Shown piece after piece: positions 9,306 through 18,754 of a stretch of 64,000 nucleotides of DNA. The DNA is taken from the NCBI GenBank assembly GCA_035524895.1, contig DATLFI010000047.1, forward strand, positions 28 to 64,027, given 5' to 3'. The notes beneath the pieces were generated by a model. It had not been told where the DNA came from. It saw only the letters and a program-made list of their open reading frames with translations, and searched no databases. How positions within the stretch are numbered: position 1 is the first letter of the stretch; each line of letters starts with the position of its first letter. The stretch is from Thermoanaerobaculia bacterium (GTDB lineage: Bacteria; Acidobacteriota; Thermoanaerobaculia; Multivoradales; Multivoraceae). Position numbers and translations under genes: made by a program.

Positions 9306-9826
9306 CAAGGTTCTGTTTCGGCGAGCAGCCACCGGGCGGGTGTCGGCGGTATCCATGTGGGAATGGAACTGCGCAGGTGGAGTCGCCCAGCGGCTGCTAC
9401 CGCTCACCTTCTTTGGCAACACACGAGCTGCCGGCGAACCATACCCCGAGAGCCCTTGCCCGTGCTCGCCGACGAGGCGTCGGTCCAGCACGATGGCCCA
9501 GTATCTGGGCCGAGGCGACACTATTTCGGATAACCGGCAATTCCTTGGCGCTCTCAGCGGTGAAGTGCCCACCTGTCCCACGCCGCCAGACTGATTCGCG
9601 CTGGGCTTTGGCACGCGATGGCTGCAGGTCGCGCGCAGATGGCTCGTCGCGATCGTGCTGCGCCAGCCCTTCGAGAGCGCGCGCGGCGGCGTTCGCGAGG
9701 CGGTTGGCCGAGCAGTGGCGGGGGTTGATCGCCGAGGGGCTGGTGCGGCAGTACCGGGGCTAGAGCTTTCGGGAATTGGGACCGCTCCGAGCCGCGACCG
9801 GCGCTCGCGACGCGTCGTTCGTGCCG

Positions 9827-10195
9827 TCAGAGCGCGTGGAGGACGAGCCCGGGATCGATCCTGCGGAGATCGTCGACGTCGCCGCTGACCACCACCGCGT
9901 CCTCCGCGAAGCGCGCGCTGACCGCGACGCTGGCGTCGACGATGTCGCGGGTGCGGCTGATGCCGCAGAGCACGCCTGTAGCCTTGGCAGCGCTCTCGTC
10001 GAGCGGATCGACCTCGGTGCGGTGGTCCGCGACCAGCGCCGCGAGGCGCGCTTGCCGCGCGCCGTCGCGCCACACCTGCGCCAGGACGCCGGCGGGCACG
10101 ATCAGTCTCTCATCACCGCGGCGGATCGTCTCGAGCAACAGGACCATCCGCCGATCGCCGCGCTCGAAGGCGATCAGGGCGCCCGCGTCGAGCAC
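9827..10195 (-). CDS. vapC: PIN-domain toxin (VapC-like)
   Basis: PIN acidic residues (VVLDAGALIAF...IVPAGVLAQVWRDG...TRDIVDASVAVSA...VVSGDVDDL); GTG start overlaps the antitoxin's TAG. Confidence 0.6.
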   Translation of the reverse strand: MLDAGALIAFERGDRRMVLLLETIRRGDERLIVPAGVLAQVWRDGARQARLAALVADHRTEVDPLDESAAKATGVLCGISRTRDIVDASVAVSARFAEDAVVVSGDVDDLRRIDPGLVLHAL

Positions 10196-10425
10196 TACCG
10201 CCCGAGCACGCTGCGCACCCACGAGCGATCCTCCCGGCTGGGCGGTCCGATCTCGCGCCGCAGAGACGCGAGCACTTCGTCGAGACGGTCGGCGCGCAAC
10301 CGGCGCTCGACCGCTTCGCAAACCAGCGAGCTCACCGACTCGGCGCGACCCGCGGTCACCTCGTCGCGAAGCTGATCCGCGAGATCGCTCGGCAGCGACA
10401 CGGTCACCTTCTTGGTGGTCGCCAT
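10195..10425 (-). CDS. vapB: Ribbon-helix-helix antitoxin (VapB/CopG-like)
   Basis: 76 aa, MATTKKVTVSLPSDLADQL RHH-like N-terminus; immediately upstream of and overlapping the PIN gene. Confidence 0.55.
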   Translation of the reverse strand: MATTKKVTVSLPSDLADQLRDEVTAGRAESVSSLVCEAVERRLRADRLDEVLASLRREIGPPSREDRSWVRSVLGR

Positions 10426-10458
10426 ACCAAGGATCTTACCACGGGTATGGCAATCTCT

Positions 10459-11616
10459 TCACGTCACCAGACCGCCCACCCACACCAACCCCGCCCACAC
10501 CGCGACGCCGGTGATCACCACTGCAATCGCGGCGACGATCGCGAGCTCGGCGCCGACCACCGCGGCGGCGGCGCCGCGGGAGGCGCCGATGCGGCGCATC
10601 AGCTCTAGCTCGGGGGCGCGCAGGCGCAGCGACAGGAGCACGACGAGCGCGGCGAAGGCGAGAGTCGAGATCGCGACGGCGGCGAAGTAGGCGTCGAGCG
10701 CGGCCGATACGCGCAGGACGATGTCCAGCACGGAGCGCACGACCTCGAGCGGACGCACGGCCTGGAGCGTCTCTTCGAGAGCGAAGTCGCCGAGGAGCTG
10801 GTCGTGCCGTCGCGCGTCGCGCGGGAAGACGAGGACGGCGGTGACCGGCGCCTCACCGGCGGAGCCGTGGAGGTGGAAGGTGTCGAGGTTGTCGGCGGTG
10901 ATGCGCTGGAACAGGAACACCGCCGCCGAGGCTTCGACGTTCTCGCCCTCGTCGGCTTCGGGGTTGAGCGCCTCGTCGGGGCGGACTTCCTGGTGGCCGT
11001 GCAGGAGGCCGTCGAGCAGCCATGCGGTGCGCACGTCGGCAAAGAGCACGTCGTCGTCGGGCGTGCCCGTGGGCTCGGCGATGCCGACGACCTCGAGCAG
11101 AGTCGGGTATCCCCCGGCGAGGTCGTAGAGGTTCGCGAGGTCGGAGCGCACGGTGTCGCCCGGCTCGAGCTCCAGGCGACGCGCTGCCGCAGACCCGGCG
11201 AGCACCTCGCCGAGGAGCGCGGGCCGGCGGCCGGCGGCAGGCACCAGGTCGCGCTGCTCGAAGTATTCGGGGCTCGTGCCGACCACGGGCACGCCGAACG
11301 CCGAGTGTCGCACGACCAGCGGCACCGCGACGCCGTACTCGGCGAGGCGCGAGCGCTCGTCATAGCGGATCGTGGTTCCGGCACCGCCGCGGAAGTAGAG
11401 CGACGACATCACCAGGTCGAACGGGCTGCCGCGCGCTCCGACCAGGATCGGCGACGACCGGGCTCGCTCGAGTAGCGCGCGCTCGACGACCGCGGCGGCG
11501 GCACGCGTGAAGGCCGGCAGGAACAGCGCGACCGCGAGACCGAGCACCAGCACCGCCGCGCGCCCCGGGGCCGCGGCGAGGGAGCGCCGCGCCAGGAAGA
11601 GCACGTCACGAAGCAC
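10459..11616 (-). CDS. ABC transporter permease, FtsX/MacB-like
   Basis: N-terminal TM helix, large periplasmic segment, C-terminal 3-TM FtsX domain (LRLRAPELELMRRIGAS...); overlaps the upstream ATPase gene by 11 nt. Confidence 0.7.
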   Translation of the reverse strand: MLRDVLFLARRSLAAAPGRAAVLVLGLAVALFLPAFTRAAAAVVERALLERARSSPILVGARGSPFDLVMSSLYFRGGAGTTIRYDERSRLAEYGVAVPLVVRHSAFGVPVVGTSPEYFEQRDLVPAAGRRPALLGEVLAGSAAARRLELEPGDTVRSDLANLYDLAGGYPTLLEVVGIAEPTGTPDDDVLFADVRTAWLLDGLLHGHQEVRPDEALNPEADEGENVEASAAVFLFQRITADNLDTFHLHGSAGEAPVTAVLVFPRDARRHDQLLGDFALEETLQAVRPLEVVRSVLDIVLRVSAALDAYFAAVAISTLAFAALVVLLSLRLRAPELELMRRIGASRGAAAAVVGAELAIVAAIAVVITGVAVWAGLVWVGGLVT

Positions 11617-12355
11617 TGGCCGGCGCCTCCGGGGAGGTTGCGGTCGAGGTTGCGGTCGAGCTCGCGGCCATACCCGAAGCGAAATCCTCCACCGCCACGT
11701 GCTGCTCGAGCCGCTCGAGCACGACCGGGTCGTGGGTCACCACGACCAGGGTGCGCGCGCCCTCGCCGGCGCCGGCGAGACCCAGCAGCAGCTCGAGCAC
11801 GTCGTCGCGGCGCCTCGCGTCGAGACCCGCGGTCGGCTCGTCGGCGAGCAGGAGGGGCGGCTCGGTGATCAACGCGCGCGCCACCGCGACGCGCTGGCGC
11901 TCACCCTGCGACAACGCCCGCGGCCGGCTGCGTCGCTTGTCGAGGAGCTCCAGCCGGTCGAGCAACGCCGCGGCGCGCTCGCGCACCGCCGCCGAAAGCG
12001 ACAACGCCCGGCTCACCCGATAGGGGTAGAGCACGTTCTCCTCGACGTCGAGGTAGTCGACCAGGGGGAAGTCCTGGAACACGAAGCCGACGTGCCGGAT
12101 GCGAAACGCGCGGCGCGACGCGTCGTCGAGGCCGCCCAGGTCGCGGCCCTCGACCACGACCTCTCCCGCCAACGCGCGGCGTACCCCGGCGACCAGGTCG
12201 AGCAGCGTCGACTTGCCGCATCCGGAGGGACCGAAGAACGCGCACCTGCTGCCTCGCGCCACGCGCAGCTCCGGCACCCGCAGCTCGAAGCCCGAGGGAG
12301 CGTAGGAGAAGCGGACGCCGCGGAGCAGGATCGCGGGGTCGGGAGCGCTAGTCAC
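11606..12355 (-). CDS. ABC transporter ATP-binding protein
   Basis: Walker A GPSGCGKST, signature LSQGERQRV, Walker B LLLADEPT. GTG start chosen at 12355; the longer ORF to 12538 would collide with the divergent gene start at 12537. Confidence 0.8.
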   Translation of the reverse strand: MTSAPDPAILLRGVRFSYAPSGFELRVPELRVARGSRCAFFGPSGCGKSTLLDLVAGVRRALAGEVVVEGRDLGGLDDASRRAFRIRHVGFVFQDFPLVDYLDVEENVLYPYRVSRALSLSAAVRERAAALLDRLELLDKRRSRPRALSQGERQRVAVARALITEPPLLLADEPTAGLDARRRDDVLELLLGLAGAGEGARTLVVVTHDPVVLERLEQHVAVEDFASGMAASSTATSTATSPEAPASAS

Positions 12356-12536
12356 GGGCTGCGGCAAAGTAGCACAGCGATCGAAGGCGCCACCGGGGCA
12401 AGTCGCCCGGGGCAACAGCCGAGCGCCAGCGGAGTCGCGGCATTCCGTCGCACCGATCCGCGCCGGCGAGGCCGGCCGCCTCGCACCCTCGGCGGGGGTA
12501 GGATCCCGCTCTACCGTCTTTCGGGGGCTCGGGCCC

Positions 12537-13172
12537 ATGAGCCAGCTACGCTTCTACTTCTCGTTCCGCAGCCCTTACTCGTGGCTCGCGCACCACCGCC
12601 TCGCGCACACCGCAGAGCTGGCGTGGGAAGAGCTCGAGCCGGTGCCGGTCTACCCGCCGGACGAGAAGGCGCTGGCCGCGGTGGCTCCCGGCCGCACCAA
12701 GCTCGGCTACATGCGCGAGGACGTCGAGCGGATCGCCGTGGGCTACGGCCTGGCAATGCGCTGGCCGGAGGGCGCTGATCCCGACTGGAGTCGGCCCCAC
12801 GCCGCGTTCCTCTACGCCCAGGCCGAGGGCCACGGCCAGGTGTTCGCCGGAGAGCTCTACGACGCGCGGTTCCGGCGCGGCGAGGACCTGGGCGATGACG
12901 GCGTGCTGCGCGCCGCGGCCGAGGTATCGGAGCTCGACCCGGAGGCGATCGCCGCTGCCGCCGACGACCCGAAGTGGCGCCAGGCGCTGTGGCCCGGCTT
13001 CGAGCGCATGCGTCACGACAAGGTGTTCGGCGTGCCGACCTTCGTGTTCGGGGACGAGCGCTTCTGGGGCCACGACCGCTTCGACTGGCTGCTGCGCGCG
13101 CTGCGCACCGCGCGCGGCCAGCAGGTCGCCGACCTGCGCGCCGACCCGTTGCGCCCGCCCCAGGGCGACTGA
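12537..13172 (+). CDS. DsbA-like thioredoxin-fold protein (2-hydroxychromene-2-carboxylate isomerase family)
   Basis: N-terminal FYFSFRSPYSW and C-terminal GVPTFVFGDERFWGHDR motifs typical of the HCCA isomerase / DsbA family. Confidence 0.6.
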   Translation: MSQLRFYFSFRSPYSWLAHHRLAHTAELAWEELEPVPVYPPDEKALAAVAPGRTKLGYMREDVERIAVGYGLAMRWPEGADPDWSRPHAAFLYAQAEGHGQVFAGELYDARFRRGEDLGDDGVLRAAAEVSELDPEAIAAAADDPKWRQALWPGFERMRHDKVFGVPTFVFGDERFWGHDRFDWLLRALRTARGQQVADLRADPLRPPQGD

Positions 13173-13200
13173 CACGCGTCGCTCCCCTGCGGACTTCGCG

Positions 13201-14724
13201 ATGCTCCGTCGAATGCCGAGCGCGTCGCAGCTCTTGGTCCGGTCTGCGAGCGCGGCAACTCTCTCGGCGCTGTGGCGGCTCGCGGTCACGTTCGGGACCT
13301 ACCTCGTGCTCCGGCGGTTCATCCCGCCGGCAGAGATGGGTGTGTGGAGCTGGGCCGAGCCGCTGTTCCTGCTGCTTGCCCAGGTCCGCGACCTCGGCGT
13401 GCCGGGCCATGTCGTGCGGCAGCGCGAGCGCGACTACGCGGGGTACCTGCGGTTGCAGGTCGTGTGGGGCGGCGTGTTGGCGCTGCTGCTCTTCGCCGCG
13501 GCGCCGCTGTTGGCGCTGTTGTTCGAGGACCGCGACGCGTCGACGGTGCCGCTGCTCCGCCTGCTGTGCGTGTTCCTGTTCGTGCAGGGTCTGGGCTCGG
13601 TGCCGCTCACCTACTTCGAGGCCGAGCAGCGCATCGAGCGCACCATCCCGGCGGAGCTGCTGCGCAACGCCGTGTTCGCGGCGCTCTCCCTGCTGCTCGC
13701 CTGGCGCGGCTTCGGCGTCTGGAGCATCGTCGTCGCCTACACGGTCGCCGGCGCCGCCTACAGCGCGATGCTGTGGTGGTGGGCGCTGCGTCGCGGTGCC
13801 GGTGACGGTGACGGGAGCGCAGGCGCGACGCTCCGCGTCGCGCGCCACGGGTCAGGCGGCTCGACTCGAATGCTGGCGGCGGCGGCCTGGCCGCTGATGG
13901 TCATGTCGCTGCTCGAGAACGCGGTGCTCCACCTCGACCCGCTCCTGCTGGGTCTGGTCGACGAGGAGGCCACGGCACACGCGTCGCTGACGCTGTTCAG
14001 CCTCTTCTTCTTCTCGCGGCTGATCGCCGACCAGGTCGGTCGCGCGCTCTACCCGGCGCTGGTGGTGGCGCACGCGCAGCCAGCCCAGAGCTTCGAGCTC
14101 TACCGGATCGCGACGCTGTTCCTGGTGACGTTCGTGGTGCCCACCTCGTTCTTCTTCTTCTTCAACGCCCGCGCGGCGGCGCTGGTGCTCGGAGGGCCAG
14201 ACTGGGTGCCGGCAGGCACCTACCTCACGGTCGCGGCGTTCGTGCCGCTGGTGCGCCCGCTCACCATGTTCGGTCGCGAGTACATGCTGGTGGTCCACCG
14301 CGACCGGCTGGTGAACCTCTACAGCCTTCTCAACCTGATCTCGCTCGGCGCTCTCGGGTGGACGCTGGTCCACACCGAGCTGGGCCCGCTCGGCATGGCG
14401 GTCGCGGGCTACTTCCCGCTCGGCGTGCTGGTGCTCGCCTGGGGGTTGCACCGCATCGACTCTTACGCCTGCCGCCGTCTGTTCCGACAGCTCCTTGGGC
14501 TCTATGCGCTCGGTGCTGTCCTCTTCGCACCGGTGGTGCTGCTTCCGGCGGCGTGGACCTGGACGCGGGTCGCGGTCTGCGTCGCGATCGCGACGCTCTA
14601 CGTGGCGCTCGGTCTCGTATGGCACCGCGACGCGTATCGTCGGTTCTGGCGCGGCGAGGCCGCTCGAGACGCCGCCGCAGGGAAGGCCTCCCGGACCGCC
14701 GCGGGATCTCGCTCGACACGATGA
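13201..14724 (+). CDS. Polysaccharide biosynthesis protein / Wzx-like flippase (MOP superfamily)
   Basis: ~507 aa, 12+ predicted TM helices, typical PST-family hydrophobic profile; ATGA overlap with the downstream GT1 gene. Confidence 0.6.
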   Translation: MLRRMPSASQLLVRSASAATLSALWRLAVTFGTYLVLRRFIPPAEMGVWSWAEPLFLLLAQVRDLGVPGHVVRQRERDYAGYLRLQVVWGGVLALLLFAAAPLLALLFEDRDASTVPLLRLLCVFLFVQGLGSVPLTYFEAEQRIERTIPAELLRNAVFAALSLLLAWRGFGVWSIVVAYTVAGAAYSAMLWWWALRRGAGDGDGSAGATLRVARHGSGGSTRMLAAAAWPLMVMSLLENAVLHLDPLLLGLVDEEATAHASLTLFSLFFFSRLIADQVGRALYPALVVAHAQPAQSFELYRIATLFLVTFVVPTSFFFFFNARAAALVLGGPDWVPAGTYLTVAAFVPLVRPLTMFGREYMLVVHRDRLVNLYSLLNLISLGALGWTLVHTELGPLGMAVAGYFPLGVLVLAWGLHRIDSYACRRLFRQLLGLYALGAVLFAPVVLLPAAWTWTRVAVCVAIATLYVALGLVWHRDAYRRFWRGEAARDAAAGKASRTAAGSRSTR

Positions 14725-15980
14725 CCATGCGCCTCGACGCTGCCACCCTCGCCTTCGAAACCCGCTACCAGTGGCGGAAGCTACGGGCGCGCGCGCGGCG
14801 GGTCGACCAGCGCGTGGTCCGTCTCGTACCGGCGGGCGAGCCGCGAGAGCACGCGCTGTTCTCCTACGTGCTCGATCCCCTGCTGGACCGTGCCGCGGCT
14901 CGCGACACCTCGCACACGCATTTCTGGGAGTCGCTGTGCATGGTCGAGACGCTGCTCGAGCTCGGCTGCGCGGTCGATGCGGTGTCGTGGACGAACCGGA
15001 CCCTCGCGCCCCAGCGCGACTACGGCGTGGTGCTCGACGTGCGCACCAACCTGGAGCGCTGGGCGCCACAGCTCGGCGCTGGCACGACGCGGGTCCTGCA
15101 CTGCGACACCGCACACTGGTCGTTCAACAACGCCGCCGAGAGCGCGCGTCTCGACGCGCTCGAGGCGCGCCGCGGCGTCCGGCTTCGGGCCCGCCGGCAG
15201 ATGCCCGAGAGCGGGTCGGATCGTGTCGCCGACGTGCTCTCTTACCTCGGCAACGACTTCACGCGCTCGACGTATCTCGCGAACCACGCGAACCACGCGA
15301 ACCACGCGAACCACGCGAGCTCCGCGAGCCGGCCGCCGATGGTCAGGATTCCGGTCTCGGTCTCCCACACCTACGACTGGCCCGCCGGCAAGGACTTCGA
15401 CCGGGCGCGGCACACGTTCCTGTGGCTCGGCAGCGGCGGTCTGGTGCACAAGGGGCTCGACCTGGTGCTGGAAGCGTTCGCCGAGCTCCCGCACTGCCGC
15501 CTCTTCGTCTGCGGCCCGATCTCGCGCGAGCGCGACTTCGCGCGCTGCTACCGCCGCGAGCTCTACGGCCTGCCAAACGTGAAGACCATCGGTTGGGTCG
15601 ACGTCGCCTCGGAGCGCTTCCGTGCTCTGGCGCGCTGCTGCGGCGCGCTGGTCTATCCCTCGAGCTCCGAAGGCGGCGGCGCGAGCGCGTTGACCTGCAT
15701 GCACGCTGGTCTCCCAGCCGTGCTCACGCACGAGGCGAGCGTCGATCTGACATCCGAGACCGGGGTGCTGTTGCGCGAGGCGACGGTCGAGGCGGTTCGC
15801 GCAGCGGTGGCCGAGATGACCGAGCGCCCGGCACGCGAGCTGGAGAGCATGTCGCGCGCGGCGTGGGAGTGGGCGCGTGCCCACCACTCGCGCGAGGTCT
15901 TCGCCGCGCGCTTTCGCGCCTTCGCCGAGGACCTGATCGCTGGTCGCTATGCGGCGAGCCCCAAGAGGACCGGAGAGTGA
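14721..15980 (+). CDS. Glycosyltransferase family 1 (GT4-like)
   Basis: C-terminal GT-B motif region (LVYPSSSEGGGASALTCMHAGLP); contains an in-frame (ANH)x4 repeat; GTGA overlap with the downstream PIG-L gene. Confidence 0.65.
   Translation: MTMRLDAATLAFETRYQWRKLRARARRVDQRVVRLVPAGEPREHALFSYVLDPLLDRAAARDTSHTHFWESLCMVETLLELGCAVDAVSWTNRTLAPQRDYGVVLDVRTNLERWAPQLGAGTTRVLHCDTAHWSFNNAAESARLDALEARRGVRLRARRQMPESGSDRVADVLSYLGNDFTRSTYLANHANHANHANHASSASRPPMVRIPVSVSHTYDWPAGKDFDRARHTFLWLGSGGLVHKGLDLVLEAFAELPHCRLFVCGPISRERDFARCYRRELYGLPNVKTIGWVDVASERFRALARCCGALVYPSSSEGGGASALTCMHAGLPAVLTHEASVDLTSETGVLLREATVEAVRAAVAEMTERPARELESMSRAAWEWARAHHSREVFAARFRAFAEDLIAGRYAASPKRTGE
15281..15316 (+). repeat. Perfect 9-bp tandem repeat (GAACCACGC x4) inside the GT1 CDS, encoding (ANH)4
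   Basis: Read directly in the sequence: gaaccacgc repeated four times in frame; translation LANHANHANHANHASSAS. Confidence 0.8.
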
Positions 15981-16831
15981 GCCGGGCCCAGCCGCATGGT
16001 GTTGCCGGCGGGACGCGTCAGCGGGACGAACGGCCCATCGACACACTGTTCCTGTCGCCGCACCTCGACGATGCCGTGCTCTCGTGCGGCGGCCAGATCC
16101 ATCGCCGCACCGCCGCCGGCGAGCGCGTGGTGGTGGTGACGGCCTTCGCCGGCGTGCCGGAGGGCTGGCCGACACTCCTTGCCATCGAGCTGCAAGCGCT
16201 GTGGGGGTTGCCGGCCGACCCGCGCGAGGCGATCGCGGTGCGGATCGCCGAGGACGACGCGGCGCTCGCAGCTCTCGGTGCCGAGCCCGAGCGTTGGGGG
16301 CTGATCGACGCGGTGTATCGAGGCAGAGCGACCGCGTCTGGTCTCACGGACGCGAGCTACCCGACGCTGCGCTCTCTCTTCTCGGAACCTCGCGACGACG
16401 AGGACGAGAGAGGCCTCCAGCGGACGATCGCGGACCTGTTGCGCGCCCTGCCGGCCGCTCGTCGTGTCCTCGTTCCGCTGGGGGTCGGGCGGCACGTCGA
16501 CCACGTCCTGGTGCGCCGCGCCGCCGAGGCGGCGTTTCCCGACGACGAGCGCGTTCGCTACTACGAGGAGCTGCCGTACGCGCGGCGATGGCTGGCGGTG
16601 CGCAGGGCGTTGCGTGGCGGCGGGTCACCGGTTCGCAGGTGGGCCCACGAGACGGTGCGTCTGGAGCCGGCGGACCTCGACGCCAAGTGCCGCGCGATTG
16701 CGTGCTACGAATCACAGCTCCGGTCGGCGTTCCGCGACGAGGCGGATCTTCGGCGGCAGGTGAAGGCCGCGTTGCGTCGCGGCGGCGAGCGCGTTTGGCG
16801 GTCGCGGTCGGGCGAAGTGGTGGCCAAGTAG
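15977..16831 (+). CDS. PIG-L/LmbE-family N-acetylglucosaminyl deacetylase
   Basis: LFLSPHLDDAVLSCGG motif (PIG-L His-Asp); GTG start overlaps the GT1 stop (GTGA). Confidence 0.65.
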   Translation: MSRAQPHGVAGGTRQRDERPIDTLFLSPHLDDAVLSCGGQIHRRTAAGERVVVVTAFAGVPEGWPTLLAIELQALWGLPADPREAIAVRIAEDDAALAALGAEPERWGLIDAVYRGRATASGLTDASYPTLRSLFSEPRDDEDERGLQRTIADLLRALPAARRVLVPLGVGRHVDHVLVRRAAEAAFPDDERVRYYEELPYARRWLAVRRALRGGGSPVRRWAHETVRLEPADLDAKCRAIACYESQLRSAFRDEADLRRQVKAALRRGGERVWRSRSGEVVAK

Positions 16832-16852
16832 CGGCGCGGAGCGGTGCGACCC

Positions 16853-17812
16853 CTACGGAGCGAGGGTGGAGGGCCCCCTGCCGCGGAACCACTCCACGGT
16901 GCGGGCAAGACCCTCGTCGAGACCCACCCGCGCCCGCCAGCCGAGCATACGCTCGGTCTCGTCGGCGCCGGCCGCGCGCACGACCTCGGCGGCTCGGTCG
17001 GGCAAGGTGCCGAACGGCGGCTCCTCGCCCGGGGCGAGCAGAGCGTAGAGACGACGCACCACAGCTCCGGTGGACGAGAGCTCGCCGCTGCCGAGGTCGA
17101 GGGTCCGGCCGGCCAGGCGGTCCGCGTTGGCGCCGAGGAGCACGAGACCCTCGGCGACGTCCTCGACGTAGACCCAGTCGACGCGGCGCCGTCCGCTCGC
17201 GAGCTGCACTGGCTGGCCCTCGAGCAGGCGCGTGATCACGTACGGCACCAGTTTGTCCGCGTCCTGGAGGCCGGGGCCGTAGACCATGAACACCCTTGCG
17301 ACCACGGCGCCCAGTCCGTAGAGTTCGGCGAACATGCGCGCGTAACCCGACGCGGCGGCCTTGGCCGCGGCGTAGGGCGAGCACGGGGTTGCTTCGGGCG
17401 AATCCGGCTCTTCCAGCGAGCCGAGCTGCACGAAGCGTCCGCCGCCGGAATCGGCGAGGGCGTCGAGCAGGTATACCGTGCTCGCCAGGTTGGCTTCGAA
17501 GGTGGGCCGCACCAAGGACCTGTCGCGCGAACCGCGCACCACGCTCGCGAGATGGAACACCACGTCGGGAGCCGCGTCGCGCACCACCCGCTCGCACTCC
17601 GGGGCGACCGCAATGTCGGCGTGCAGCCAGTGCTGCCCCGGTATGTCTGTTGCGACCGCTCGCGCGGAGCGCGACACCGCAAAGACCTTGGCGCCCGCGG
17701 CGCCCAGCCGACGACAGAGATGCGCTCCCACGAACCCCGCCGCGCCGGTCACCAGGACCCGCGCGTGTCGTAGCGATGCCGCCGACTGCGACGGTCCGGA
17801 CGAACCCACCAT
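16853..17812 (-). CDS. NAD-dependent epimerase/dehydratase (SDR family)
   Basis: Rossmann motif VLVTGAAGFVGAHL and YAAAK catalytic motif. The true start may be downstream of 17812 (see finding). Confidence 0.75.
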   Translation of the reverse strand: MVGSSGPSQSAASLRHARVLVTGAAGFVGAHLCRRLGAAGAKVFAVSRSARAVATDIPGQHWLHADIAVAPECERVVRDAAPDVVFHLASVVRGSRDRSLVRPTFEANLASTVYLLDALADSGGGRFVQLGSLEEPDSPEATPCSPYAAAKAAASGYARMFAELYGLGAVVARVFMVYGPGLQDADKLVPYVITRLLEGQPVQLASGRRRVDWVYVEDVAEGLVLLGANADRLAGRTLDLGSGELSSTGAVVRRLYALLAPGEEPPFGTLPDRAAEVVRAAGADETERMLGWRARVGLDEGLARTVEWFRGRGPSTLAP

Positions 17813-18746
17813 GAAACCAAGCGTAGTCGGGCTGGTGCTGAACTACAACGGACGCGACGTGACCCTGGAGACACTGCGCTCGTTGCTCGCGCTCGAGTAC
17901 CCGAACTTGCACCTCGTGGTGGTCGACAACGGTTCGACCGACGGCTCGTTCGAGGCGATCCGCGAGGCGTTCCCGCAGGTGGAGCAAGTCCGCGTGCGCG
18001 AGAACCGCGGCATCTCCTGGGGGCTCGACCACGGCATCCAGCACGCGCTCGAGCGCGGCTGCGACTACGTCCTGCTGATGAACAACGACATCGAGGTCGA
18101 TCCGGCGATGCTCGGGGAGCTCGTGGCCGCGGCCGAGGCCGACCCGAGAGCCGGCTGCGCCGGTCCGAAGTCGTACTACTTCGCGGAGCGCCGGCGCCTG
18201 TGGTCCACCGGCGGCATCCTGCGCTGGCGCGGCGACTCGGTGACCCGCGAGCGCGGCGACGGCGAGCTCGACGCGGGGCAGTACGATCGCGACGAGGAGG
18301 TCGACTATGTCAACGGCTGCGCGATGCTGGTGCGCCGCGAGGCGGTCGAGCGGACAGGCTTTTGGGATCCGGTCTACTACCTCGGGGTCGAGGACGCGGA
18401 CTTCTGCGTGCGTATGAAGCGTGAGGGCTTTCGCTGCCTCTACGTGCACCGCGCCCGGCTGTGGCACCGGATCTCGCACTCGATCGGCGTGTACCGTCCG
18501 AGCCGCACCTACCACACGGGGCGCAGCACCGCGATCTTCCTGCGCAAGTACGCCACGCCCTGGCAGTGGACGACGGCGGTGGCGACGTTGCTCGCGGCGA
18601 TCCCGCTCGCGGCGCTGCGCGAGCTGCCGCGCGGCAACCAGGGCGCCGCGTTGCAGAAGCTGCGCGGTTTCGTCGCGGGGCTGCGCGTCGAGCTGCCGGA
18701 GATCCCGCGTAGCTTCGACGAGCTGGTAGCAACCGAGGAGGCATAG
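17811..18746 (+). CDS. Glycosyltransferase family 2
   Basis: LVLNYNG...VVVDNGSTDGS...NNDIEVDP motifs typical of GT2 (DXD region). Confidence 0.75.
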   Translation: MKPSVVGLVLNYNGRDVTLETLRSLLALEYPNLHLVVVDNGSTDGSFEAIREAFPQVEQVRVRENRGISWGLDHGIQHALERGCDYVLLMNNDIEVDPAMLGELVAAAEADPRAGCAGPKSYYFAERRRLWSTGGILRWRGDSVTRERGDGELDAGQYDRDEEVDYVNGCAMLVRREAVERTGFWDPVYYLGVEDADFCVRMKREGFRCLYVHRARLWHRISHSIGVYRPSRTYHTGRSTAIFLRKYATPWQWTTAVATLLAAIPLAALRELPRGNQGAALQKLRGFVAGLRVELPEIPRSFDELVATEEA

Positions 18747-18754
18747 ACCGAGCC

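Noticed and set aside
7473-9533. 686-aa plus-strand ORF antisense to the CHAT gene (and ORF 7600-8601)
   Set aside because: Antisense to a domain-supported gene; Arg-rich; no motifs.
9377-9763. 128-aa plus-strand ORF inside the vapC-CHAT intergenic gap
   Set aside because: Composition and translation look non-coding. Retained only as a note within the intergenic finding.
12511-14724. Long minus-strand ORF 12511-13848 and plus-strand ORF 12974-13897 over the DsbA-like and wzx region
   Set aside because: Low-complexity Arg/Pro-rich translations overlapping genes with clear family signatures in another frame.
15949-18515. ORFs 15949-17235 (+) and 16344-18515 (-) of 428-723 aa
   Set aside because: They span and contradict the PIG-L, epimerase and GT2 genes. 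Composition is Arg/Gly-rich noise.
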